Shown piece by piece: positions 9,595 through 18,486 of a stretch of DNA of 64,000 nt. Numbering within the stretch: position 1 is the first letter of the stretch; each line of letters opens with the position of its first letter. A model generated the notes under the pieces. It did no database searches and was not told the origin of the DNA. It saw only the letters and a program-made list of their open reading frames with translations. The stretch comes from a virus. Both the position numbers and the translations under genes were made by a program. The stretch spans positions 1 to 64,000 of the IMG/VR virus record IMGVR_UViG_3300014913_001094; one strand, 5' to 3'.

Positions 9595-11810
9595 TGAAAA
9601 AGAAGCCAATAAGAGGATATGAACGTCGATACAAGAAGAAAAAAAAGAAAAAAGACGATAAAATGCCATCTCCATCTAAAATTGTACCAGTAGATTATGA
9701 AGGTGGTGATCGCGATTCAACACAAACACCAGGTTCGAGCTTACCTGCTTCGTTCATTCCTGCTCCCTTTGGTCACCCAGAAAATTCTTTTGGAAGCTCG
9801 ATGAAGTTTGTCAAAGAAGCTCAGGATTCTGATGAGATTAAAAGGATTTTGAGAGAGATCAAAGATACGGAAGAGGAAGATTCCCCCGAAGATATTCAGA
9901 GAGCTATTGATCTTCTTGAAAAAGATCGCTTTGCTGTTATAAGAATGCAGGATCAATTTGCTATGGGACAAGATGTAGGTCACTCAACAGCGGAACTGAG
10001 TGGAATAATAGAGAGTATTGACGAAGATATGTCAGCACTTCGAAAAAGACAGCAATTTAAACAAGAAGCTCCATCACCAGAAGACCTCAACCAAATGTTT
10101 AAATTTGAGCGTCTTAAAGCATTGATAAAACAAGCTAAGAAGAAGACATATGGATTTGACATAGATGAAGTGCTATGTGCTATGCACTCAACAATAATTG
10201 AGATGGCAAGAGAATATGTTGAGATTCCTAATGACATCATGTGGGATTATAAAAAACTCAAGGATATCCCAGGTGTGGGAGAAGAAATTCAAGATAAAGT
10301 TTTTGCGCATTTAACCGATAATCAGCAGTTATTAATTGATATGCCACAAGTTCCAGGAGCCATAGAAAAAGTCAACTCTCTTCATGACGCTGGACATCGT
10401 ATTGTTTTAATTACAGCACGTGGCAAAGGTTGGGACGAAGGAACAAAAGGATGGCTTGAGAAGAATCAGGTTAAATATGATAAGCTAATTACGGGAGCAA
10501 ATGAAAAAAGTGAAGCAGTTGAAGAAGAAGGTGTTGAAATTTTTATAGATGATACTGTAGGCCGCCTTGATGAGATAGATGCTTCAACAGATGCAAGAGT
10601 GTATCGTTTTGACACTCCTTGGGAAGATAGTGAGCAGTTTGTAGTGCTTGATAATTGGGACAAGTTTGATGAGACAGTAAAAGCAGAGATTAAAGGTTTC
10701 ACCAAACAAGCAGCACCTCGATGGACTCCACAACAAACAGAGCGTCTCAAGTGTTTATATCTCAAATGGCGTGACCGTGGATACCCGCATCATGTTATTT
10801 ATAAAGCTGCTGCTCAGCTTCTTGGCCGCTCATTCTTGGCTACAAAGCAAAAGCTTGAATCAATGTATGGTTGTGATGAAGAGCTGGCACCAATGAAATT
10901 TGAACATTGGGACCAAAACAAGATTGATCAAACAATACAAGATTTATATTGTGGCGGACAACCAATTAGTAGATTAAGTCTTCCATCAATTTTAATGTAT
11001 CAAATTACAAATCACGCTTTACCAAAAGCCGAAACTCGAGGTTTTCCAGTATTTTATGATTCATTTGATCATGCTATGGCAAATAATGTTCTTAAGATTG
11101 GTTTTGAGCGTGAAGGTTGCAATTTGCTACAAGACAGGCCAATAACTACTTTTGAACAAGCGCTTCAATATTATAGACGTCAAGAAAAACAAGCACACAG
11201 CTGGTCGCGAGATGAAATACTTGCTTTACTTAGAGATGCTCACGTAGTTGGATTGCCTCTGACACACAGCTTCTTTAAATCTCACAGTGACATTTATAAG
11301 CCCTTGTTGGGAATGAATAGAACTCTTGAAGGTTTAAGAGATTCGATCAAGCGAAGCGGTGACAATTGGAGTGATTTAGTCATAGAAGCAGCACCGGAAT
11401 ATATCGATTTATATACAGATAATGGAAGGCTATCTCAATCTACAGAGGAAATCAGAATACGTAGATTTCTAGAGTTAAATAGTATCCCATTTAAGGTTGC
11501 TACTATTGAAGATAAGTTTGAGGTTAATATACCAGAATTGCAGGAGTTAGGTTATAGAAACTTTGTTCCTGATTTCTTTATTCTTGACGAAAAAGGAGAC
11601 ACTAGGGCTGTAGTTGAGGTCTTTGGGTCTATTGCTGATTCACAAGCTGCAAATACAGCAGAAATTTATAGAGAAAAAAGGACAGCTAAAGAGCAATTTT
11701 ATCAAACTTTACCACATACTTTTATTGCCATCAACAATAATACCGACGGGATTGATCTTACTGATGAAATCCTAAAGGATAAATTTCATCAGTTTTTGGA
11801 GGGAGAGTAA
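9594..11810 (+). CDS. Multidomain protein: HAD-family 5'(3')-nucleotidase-like domain, helical repeats and a C-terminal PD-(D/E)XK-like nuclease
   Basis: YGFDIDEVL, ITAR and IFIDD HAD motifs; WSRDEIL-type repeats; S.EE..I.RFL...FVPDFFI...VEVFG nuclease-like motif. Confidence 0.7.
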   Translation: MKKKPIRGYERRYKKKKKKKDDKMPSPSKIVPVDYEGGDRDSTQTPGSSLPASFIPAPFGHPENSFGSSMKFVKEAQDSDEIKRILREIKDTEEEDSPEDIQRAIDLLEKDRFAVIRMQDQFAMGQDVGHSTAELSGIIESIDEDMSALRKRQQFKQEAPSPEDLNQMFKFERLKALIKQAKKKTYGFDIDEVLCAMHSTIIEMAREYVEIPNDIMWDYKKLKDIPGVGEEIQDKVFAHLTDNQQLLIDMPQVPGAIEKVNSLHDAGHRIVLITARGKGWDEGTKGWLEKNQVKYDKLITGANEKSEAVEEEGVEIFIDDTVGRLDEIDASTDARVYRFDTPWEDSEQFVVLDNWDKFDETVKAEIKGFTKQAAPRWTPQQTERLKCLYLKWRDRGYPHHVIYKAAAQLLGRSFLATKQKLESMYGCDEELAPMKFEHWDQNKIDQTIQDLYCGGQPISRLSLPSILMYQITNHALPKAETRGFPVFYDSFDHAMANNVLKIGFEREGCNLLQDRPITTFEQALQYYRRQEKQAHSWSRDEILALLRDAHVVGLPLTHSFFKSHSDIYKPLLGMNRTLEGLRDSIKRSGDNWSDLVIEAAPEYIDLYTDNGRLSQSTEEIRIRRFLELNSIPFKVATIEDKFEVNIPELQELGYRNFVPDFFILDEKGDTRAVVEVFGSIADSQAANTAEIYREKRTAKEQFYQTLPHTFIAINNNTDGIDLTDEILKDKFHQFLEGE

Positions 11811-11814
11811 AAAA

Positions 11815-13524
11815 ATGAAAAAACAAAGCAAGATTCAATTAATTAAGATAGCCGTGCAGCTCGAAGAAAAGGGATATGCTAAGTTTGCTAGTTTTTTAGA
11901 TAAGATTGCGGTTGGAGAGTCTGTAACATTTAAAAATTTCGATGATGGTAAGCTTTGGAGTGCACGAGAAATAGAAGATATCGCGGAAGAAGCAGCACAA
12001 ATGTGTGTTGATGAAGGTAATTTTGATTCTATGGATGACTACGAAGCTGTAGAATATCAGGAGCAGTTTATCAGGGATGCTGAAGAAGCAATGAAGGGCA
12101 GAAAGCCGGAGCCAGAAAGAAAACCTCAAGAGCAACCTCAAAGACGCGGTCCTATTGTTGTAACTCCAGAAGATAGGATAAAAAATCAGATAAGAAATGA
12201 AATGCGTGCCTTGTTGGGTATATATCCTAATCTTACTGAGAAGCAGTTGATCGAAGCATGGAAAGAAGAGTCTAATCGTTTTGATAGGACAGGGCGTGGC
12301 AGCCTTGCCGACGGAGCAAATGCTATCGTGGTGGCTAAGGAAATCATCAATAAGCAAGTTGTTCCCAAAGAAAAAGTGCAGATTAAAGAAGAAAAGCGAA
12401 TTAGAGAAGAAGAGCGAATTAAGTCAATTCCAATCATACCACTAGAAGAGCAAACCCTCAAAAATAGTGTAGGAGAAGGAGATCCTGTTATAATTCTTCC
12501 AGAAGGAGATTCGGATGCAGGACCTTGGATAAGAGAGAGTATTAAAGCTAAGGATGATAGTATTGTACCTGATTTCGGTAAGGACGATGTAATTAAAGGA
12601 ATGCAAGGCTTACTGACTCAATGTGCAAAAAAAGGAAAACAAATAATTCAAATAACAAGACCATTGAAGGAAGAAAATCCAAGACAACATACAGACGAGT
12701 CTCTAACAATAAAACCAACGTCGCATTATAAGAGAAAGGATGGTTTTATTCTTGAGCCCAATACAGGATATTATGGAATAGAACATGAGATTGACGGTGT
12801 TCCTGCTATAATACTTATGAATACAAAACCTATGCGTGCAAGAGTGAACAGAGATGGCACATTAGTGCGATATAAGGCAGAAGGAAACGCAACATTTATT
12901 ATTCCATTATACCCAGATGGTATAAGTTGGGTAGATTTCTTAAAAGAGAAAACAAAGAATGAAGTTCACGATTATATTAATCAGAAAAACAAAGAAGGCG
13001 AATCAGGATGGAAATGGATGATGCGTATTCCCACAAATTTGGCCTTCTTGAAAGAAAAAGTGCTGCTGGGTAAAGTATCTAGTCAAAGAGTTGAACTACT
13101 CAAGCTCGCTATGCGTCTTGAAGAAAAAGGACACCCCAAATTTGCTTCTCTTCTCGATAAGATTGCAATATCATTCTCTCCAGAAAAGAGACCATCTGTA
13201 TCAGAAGATCCAGATTATGATGTGCCTGCTAATTATCCTTTAGGCTGGCCAGAGCCTGGAGATATTGTTGAGATGAAATCAGATTATGTAGTAAGAGATA
13301 GGCATGGACAATATAGGCTTTATAAAGGACAAAGGGGTTTCTGTGAAGACATAGAAGATGGTAAACCAGCAATATATTTTGATTTAAGAGACAGCTCTCT
13401 GGCAATGGCTCCTCCTATATCTGGAGATCTCGTTAGAATAGTACAAAAAAGAGTAGGCGATCCTGCTCATGGCGCCGTTCTCCCAGGAGAAGACATGGAA
13501 GATCCAATGGATTGGATCAATTAG
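11815..13524 (+). CDS. Hypothetical protein with two copies of the helical tag
   Basis: LIKIAVQLEEKGYAKFASFLDKIA and LLKLAMRLEEKGHPKFASLLDKIA. Confidence 0.8.
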   Translation: MKKQSKIQLIKIAVQLEEKGYAKFASFLDKIAVGESVTFKNFDDGKLWSAREIEDIAEEAAQMCVDEGNFDSMDDYEAVEYQEQFIRDAEEAMKGRKPEPERKPQEQPQRRGPIVVTPEDRIKNQIRNEMRALLGIYPNLTEKQLIEAWKEESNRFDRTGRGSLADGANAIVVAKEIINKQVVPKEKVQIKEEKRIREEERIKSIPIIPLEEQTLKNSVGEGDPVIILPEGDSDAGPWIRESIKAKDDSIVPDFGKDDVIKGMQGLLTQCAKKGKQIIQITRPLKEENPRQHTDESLTIKPTSHYKRKDGFILEPNTGYYGIEHEIDGVPAIILMNTKPMRARVNRDGTLVRYKAEGNATFIIPLYPDGISWVDFLKEKTKNEVHDYINQKNKEGESGWKWMMRIPTNLAFLKEKVLLGKVSSQRVELLKLAMRLEEKGHPKFASLLDKIAISFSPEKRPSVSEDPDYDVPANYPLGWPEPGDIVEMKSDYVVRDRHGQYRLYKGQRGFCEDIEDGKPAIYFDLRDSSLAMAPPISGDLVRIVQKRVGDPAHGAVLPGEDMEDPMDWIN

Positions 13525-13536
13525 AAAGAGAAGAGT

Positions 13537-14598
13537 ATGACTAAAACTGTATTGATCATCGGAACAGGAACAATTGGTGAACCTCTGATCACCCTATTTG
13601 CTCGAATGAGAGTCGAGCTTGGGGTTGACGAGGTAATCTTTCATAAAAGAACCCCTTTGTACACTGACAGAAGTAAGGTTATGGAGTTGATCAATCTTGG
13701 TGCTCGTTTATGTGTAACTTCCGGAAGAGATTTTAAAAAGTTTCGTGAAATTGGGTTGCATCCAAAAATGACTTTGCATAGAGCTTTGACAAAAGCTACA
13801 GTTGTTATTGATTGTACACCTTCTGGTATTGGAAGAAGTAATAAGGAAGAATACTACTTAAAGTTTGCCGATAATACAGCAGGATTTATTGCTCAAGGAA
13901 GTGAAGCAGGTTTTGGTAAACCGTATGCGCATCAAATTAATGATCATATCATCACACCAAAAGATCAGTTTATCCAGGTAGTCAGTTGTAATACACATAA
14001 TATGGCATCTCTAATCAGAACGTTTGGCTTTAAAAAAGACAAATCAATTCTTAACAGTGGAACGTTCATATGCATCAGACGTGCATCGGACATCAGTCAG
14101 ACCTCATTCATTGCATCTCCAACAGTAGGAAAGCACGATGACAACATTTATGGAACTCATCACGCCACAGATGTAGTAAGGTTATTTGAAACAACAGGCT
14201 GTAATCTTAATATATTTTCTTCTGCTGTTAAGGTTCCAACACAATATATGCATGTAATTCATTTTGATTTAGAGCTACAAAAATCAACAACAGCCGCTAA
14301 GATAGTCCAACAAGCAGAGGCAAATCCTCTTATGGCTATTACACATAAAAAAGACGCAGGAACAATTTTTAGTTTTGCACGTGACCACAGCCCACTACTG
14401 GGTAGAATATTGAATCAAGCAATCATTCCAGTCGATACGCTTCATGTTGATGGAAAAAGGGTTGTAGGATTTGCGTTTACGAGTCAAGATGGAAATAGTC
14501 TGCTAAGTAGTATTGTAGCAGCAGAAAGATTTTTATATCCAGACTCATATTTAGATAAGATTAAGTGTCTAGATTCTTTATTGTTCGATGAAGTATAA
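13537..14598 (+). CDS. Type II (archaeal-type) glyceraldehyde-3-phosphate dehydrogenase-like oxidoreductase
   Basis: IIGTGTIG Rossmann motif, VIDCTP, FIAQGSE, catalytic VVSCNT, RRASD, HHATD, KVPTQYMH. Confidence 0.8.
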   Translation: MTKTVLIIGTGTIGEPLITLFARMRVELGVDEVIFHKRTPLYTDRSKVMELINLGARLCVTSGRDFKKFREIGLHPKMTLHRALTKATVVIDCTPSGIGRSNKEEYYLKFADNTAGFIAQGSEAGFGKPYAHQINDHIITPKDQFIQVVSCNTHNMASLIRTFGFKKDKSILNSGTFICIRRASDISQTSFIASPTVGKHDDNIYGTHHATDVVRLFETTGCNLNIFSSAVKVPTQYMHVIHFDLELQKSTTAAKIVQQAEANPLMAITHKKDAGTIFSFARDHSPLLGRILNQAIIPVDTLHVDGKRVVGFAFTSQDGNSLLSSIVAAERFLYPDSYLDKIKCLDSLLFDEV

Positions 14599-14607
14599 AG
14601 GATAAAA

Positions 14608-15213
14608 ATGGTTAGCAACGATTATTTTGATGAATTTCTTCTTGAAGATTGGAGTAATATTGACAAGGAATTAGCTAATGATAGCTATTTTCATAACGAT
14701 AAGGCTCAACAAGAAAAAACAGATCAATCTTCTATGGACGAGCAAGGTCCTACAGAAACTCCAGAAGCTCTTGTTCAACGTCCAACATATGACAGACATA
14801 AGAGTGAAAGTAAGAAAGAGCGTCTTGATCGTGTTCGTGAAGAATATAATAGAAGACCACATGTTTTTGTTGGTGCTAAGCTTCAGGAACGTAGGCGAGC
14901 AAGAGCTGCTCAGGTAGAGCAGATTGATATGACTGTTTTTAAGAAAGACGAGCAAGATGATCAAGAGTTGCGTAAGAAAAAGATTAAAAAGCAACACCCA
15001 GAAATTGATGACGATGCAATTATTAAATTAACAGGAGACGACGAAGACTACCCAGAAGCACGTCCCTCTAGTGTGTCTCACGATAGTACAATTACATATT
15101 TGAAGCCTGGTAGTTTGAAGCAACAATTAACTGCTTTTGCAAAAGATCTTCTTTCTAAAGGATATAAAAAAGAAGCAGCAGCAATTCTTAGAGTGACAAG
15201 TATGGTAAAATAA
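14608..15213 (+). CDS. Hypothetical protein with C-terminal helical tag
   Basis: LTAFAKDLLSKGYKKEAAAIL; AAGGA RBS. Confidence 0.75.
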   Translation: MVSNDYFDEFLLEDWSNIDKELANDSYFHNDKAQQEKTDQSSMDEQGPTETPEALVQRPTYDRHKSESKKERLDRVREEYNRRPHVFVGAKLQERRRARAAQVEQIDMTVFKKDEQDDQELRKKKIKKQHPEIDDDAIIKLTGDDEDYPEARPSSVSHDSTITYLKPGSLKQQLTAFAKDLLSKGYKKEAAAILRVTSMVK

Positions 15214-15248
15214 TAATAAAATAGATATTCTATTTTGAAGGAAGTGAT

Positions 15249-17024
15249 ATGGCAGATAAAACAGGAAATTCTGGCGGAGGCGATGATCTCAGCAGACGTG
15301 GACAACAGCACAGCGGACCTGCTAAACCCGCCGTTCCTTTGCCTCCACATATTCAAGCAGAAGTGCAACGTCGTGAAGCGGCAAAGAATGTGAAGGCAAC
15401 GGCAATGACAAAGACAGCAGGATCTGGTATGGCTTCTCCTGGTGTTGCTGTTGTGCGTAATATTCCTAAAGTATATAGTCCTCTCTATGAGATGACTAAC
15501 TTAATGCTTCCCCGCGACCAGAAGACATTAAACGCGTGGAATCGTCACTTCTTCTCAACCAATCCTATTGTACGTAATGCCGTCACTTTACATGCCACCT
15601 ATCCTATTAGTAAGTTTAATATCACCTGCGAAGATCCAGATATAAAAGATTTCTTTGAAGAGATGTTTCGAACGATAAATTTTAGAGGTTTTCTTTTAGG
15701 TATTTCTTTAGAATACTGGAAGTTAGGAGAGTGCTTCCCCTATCTTGAGCTTGATGAAGAAAATGGAATTTGGGATTATGGATTTGTTCATAATCCAGAC
15801 TTTATTAGAGTTCGCTACTCGTCGTTAGCCAGAGATCCTGTATTTGGACTTGTACCTGATGATTCATTAAGAAAAGTTGTTCAGGGAATGAGTCAGGGTG
15901 ATGCGCAACTTCGACAACAATTACCCGCAGAGGTTGTAAATTATGTACAAAAAGGACAGGACATTCCTCTTCCTAATTTTAACATATCACACCTCAAAAT
16001 GTTGGCGTCAGACTATGATCAGCGTGGTACATCGTTAATTACGTCGGTTTATAAAGATTTAATGTTATACGATAAGATTCGAGAAGCTCAATTTGCACAA
16101 GCAGATGATATGATTAACCCTATGACTCTTGTTAAGTTAGGGGATCCACAAGGTGCTTGGAAACCAAATGATGAAGACATTAGAGCATTCCAGGATATAA
16201 TTGAAGAAAGTCAGTATGATCCAGATTTCAAATTGATAACCCATGGTGCTGTTAATATTGAACGAGTTGGTTATAGTGGAACAACACTCGATGTAGGTCA
16301 AATGTGGGAAGCAATCAATAAGAATTTATATACAGGGCTTCTCGCTCCCGAAGCAATCCTCAACGGTGAAGGTCCCAATTACAGTACAGCTGCAATTGGT
16401 CTCGAAGTACTACGTGTACGTTATGATCGTTTCCGCGAGCAACTATCAGAATGGATTGAAAAGAAAGTCATGGAGCCAATTTGTAAGCTTCAAGATTTCT
16501 ATGTTCGAGAAAAGGGCGCGCAAAGACTAGTTTGTCCAAAGGTGATTTGGAATAAGCTAAATCTGCGAGACATTGATGGTTATACAAGTAATCTTGTAGG
16601 ACTTCTTGCAACACCAGAAGCTCCAGGTAAAGTATCAGATCAAGCTTTGTTTGAAATTCTTGACATAGATTATGAAGAAAATCGAAAGGTTCTACGTAAA
16701 GAAGCAATTGATTCTGCAATCTTCATAAAAGAATCACAAGCACTTGGTAAGATGTCTCTCGAAGAGTTACGTGCTCTTGATTCAGATAAGCCAATCGTCG
16801 ATTTACATAAAGATGAAGAGCTTCCTACTTCAGATGAAATAGGAGGTGATGAAGAAGGTGGACCTGGTGGACTTGAGATGCCAGATCTAGGCGGAATAGG
16901 TGGTGGAAGCGAGGGTGGCTTTGGCGAAGAGGGGATTGCTCCTGAAGGTGGAGATCTCGGTGGATTAGGTGGAGAAGGCGCACCGCCAGCACCACCAGCA
17001 GGCGAAGGTACCGAAATTGGTTAA
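15249..17024 (+). CDS. Portal protein
   Basis: 591 aa, between terL and the protease. NPIVRNAV.LH..YP, GECFPY, RGTSLI..VYKDL...D..R.AQ motifs typical of large-phage portals; acidic Gly-rich tail. Confidence 0.85.
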   Translation: MADKTGNSGGGDDLSRRGQQHSGPAKPAVPLPPHIQAEVQRREAAKNVKATAMTKTAGSGMASPGVAVVRNIPKVYSPLYEMTNLMLPRDQKTLNAWNRHFFSTNPIVRNAVTLHATYPISKFNITCEDPDIKDFFEEMFRTINFRGFLLGISLEYWKLGECFPYLELDEENGIWDYGFVHNPDFIRVRYSSLARDPVFGLVPDDSLRKVVQGMSQGDAQLRQQLPAEVVNYVQKGQDIPLPNFNISHLKMLASDYDQRGTSLITSVYKDLMLYDKIREAQFAQADDMINPMTLVKLGDPQGAWKPNDEDIRAFQDIIEESQYDPDFKLITHGAVNIERVGYSGTTLDVGQMWEAINKNLYTGLLAPEAILNGEGPNYSTAAIGLEVLRVRYDRFREQLSEWIEKKVMEPICKLQDFYVREKGAQRLVCPKVIWNKLNLRDIDGYTSNLVGLLATPEAPGKVSDQALFEILDIDYEENRKVLRKEAIDSAIFIKESQALGKMSLEELRALDSDKPIVDLHKDEELPTSDEIGGDEEGGPGGLEMPDLGGIGGGSEGGFGEEGIAPEGGDLGGLGGEGAPPAPPAGEGTEIG

Positions 17025-17033
17025 AAAATCTAT

Positions 17034-17061
17034 AAATGTATTGATATTCCTTCATTAAATG
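17034..17061 (+). promoter_or_regulatory. Putative phage late promoter (TATYGATWTT..AATG motif), copy 1
   Basis: AAATGTATTGATATTCCTTCATTAAATG; the motif recurs in five intergenic gaps. Confidence 0.65.
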
Positions 17062-17089
17062 AAGGTCTCATAGCTTTAAGAGGAGATGT

Positions 17090-17779
17090 ATGAGTTATTT
17101 AAATTTGATCATTGATACAGTAAACAGTCTGCGAGCAAAAGGTAAAACGCTTTTTGCTGCTGAACTCGATCAATTTTTGCGTAAAAATGCTCAAGATCTG
17201 GGCAATCTTGTTGATATGGAAGAAACACCAGCTCCAGAAGAGGCTCCACAAGAAGAGGCTCCACAAGAAGAGTTGCTCACTGAACCTATTGAGCCTGTAA
17301 AAGAAGAAGTAGATGTGCAAGCAAAGCTTGAACGTACACTACATTATCAATTTGGAGAGTGGCACAGTATAATTGACAGAATGCTTCCAAAATTTGATTA
17401 TTTTGGTGATGATAATATACAAAACTTACGCCATACATTTTCTCATGTAGCAAAAGTCTTTGAACAAGCTATGGAAGGTCAAGAGTCGAATTTTGATAAT
17501 GTATATATGGAGACTTTTAAGGCTCGAATGAGTAATGTAAAAGACCAGTTGAAAGAATCCATAGATGCAAAATTAGATGAAACTAAAGCAAAACTTGATG
17601 CTAGCTTATTGTATGGAGAAACTGAAAAGTTGCACAAATCTTTTAAACGAATTACCAAAGAAGATCCTCGCTTTGCAAAGGTTGGGACTGAATTTGGCAA
17701 TCTAATGAGAGTTTTTGCATTGATAATTCAAAATGTATCAGAAGCAATTGCTAAGACGGATCTAACAGAGGTAAGATAA
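17090..17779 (+). CDS. Hypothetical protein with N-terminal helical tag
   Basis: GAGGAG RBS; IIDTVNSLRAKGKTLFAAELDQFLRKNAQ. Confidence 0.8.
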   Translation: MSYLNLIIDTVNSLRAKGKTLFAAELDQFLRKNAQDLGNLVDMEETPAPEEAPQEEAPQEELLTEPIEPVKEEVDVQAKLERTLHYQFGEWHSIIDRMLPKFDYFGDDNIQNLRHTFSHVAKVFEQAMEGQESNFDNVYMETFKARMSNVKDQLKESIDAKLDETKAKLDASLLYGETEKLHKSFKRITKEDPRFAKVGTEFGNLMRVFALIIQNVSEAIAKTDLTEVR

Positions 17780-18366
17780 TGGCTCTCTTTAAAAAAATAA
17801 CAGCAAGTACAAGAGCTTTAGCTAATGTTGAGCCAACTCTTGAAATGAAGGAGCACTTTGCAGAGAGAACTCAGCGTCATATTGACCTAGTGAATAAGTA
17901 CTTAGAAAAGATGAGTGAAGTTTGTGATTATGACTTTGATGATCACGACGAGAGCAAATTTCAGAGTCCAGAGTATAAGCCATATCTCTTTGTTTCGTGG
18001 GAATATAGATGTAAAGATAAGGACGAAGAATATGAAATACCAGCTGAATGGCAGGATAAATGTCATGAAGCTACAGGTCATCATGTAAAAACAAACAAGC
18101 ATCATCCTGAATACTGGGATGATTCAATTGATGGTGATCCCATTAACGAGAAAGATAGAAATAAGCCACCAGAGACGGTCACAGATGCAACAAAAATGCC
18201 ACCACAATATGTTTTAGAAATGGTGGCTGATTGGTGTGCTATGTCGGAAGAAATGGGAAGCAACACTCCTAAGGAGTGGGCAGACGAGAATGTTGACGTC
18301 AGGTGGAAGTTTAGTTCTGATCAAAAAGATTTAATATATAAGACAATAGATTTGATATGGGAGTAG
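17779..18366 (+). CDS. HD-like phosphohydrolase (DUF5662-like)
   Basis: RH...V, HDESKF, HH...NKHHPEYW, MP...LEMVADWCAMS. Confidence 0.75.
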   Translation: MALFKKITASTRALANVEPTLEMKEHFAERTQRHIDLVNKYLEKMSEVCDYDFDDHDESKFQSPEYKPYLFVSWEYRCKDKDEEYEIPAEWQDKCHEATGHHVKTNKHHPEYWDDSIDGDPINEKDRNKPPETVTDATKMPPQYVLEMVADWCAMSEEMGSNTPKEWADENVDVRWKFSSDQKDLIYKTIDLIWE

Positions 18367-18369
18367 AAA

Positions 18370-18486
18370 ATGGCTCTTTTTAAAAAGGTAGTAGCAGGTA
18401 TTAAAAAGGTTATTACCGATAAAGAAATCAAAAAAGTTGAAGATGAAAAAGAAGCTGAAAAGGCTAAAGATGAAAAAAAAGATTAA
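18370..18486 (+). CDS. Small Lys/Glu-rich ORF (38 aa, not in the ORF track)
   Basis: GGGAG upstream; MALFKKVVAG has the same N-terminus as the preceding gene (MALFKKITAS); TAA at 18484. Confidence 0.5.
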   Translation: MALFKKVVAGIKKVITDKEIKKVEDEKEAEKAKDEKKD

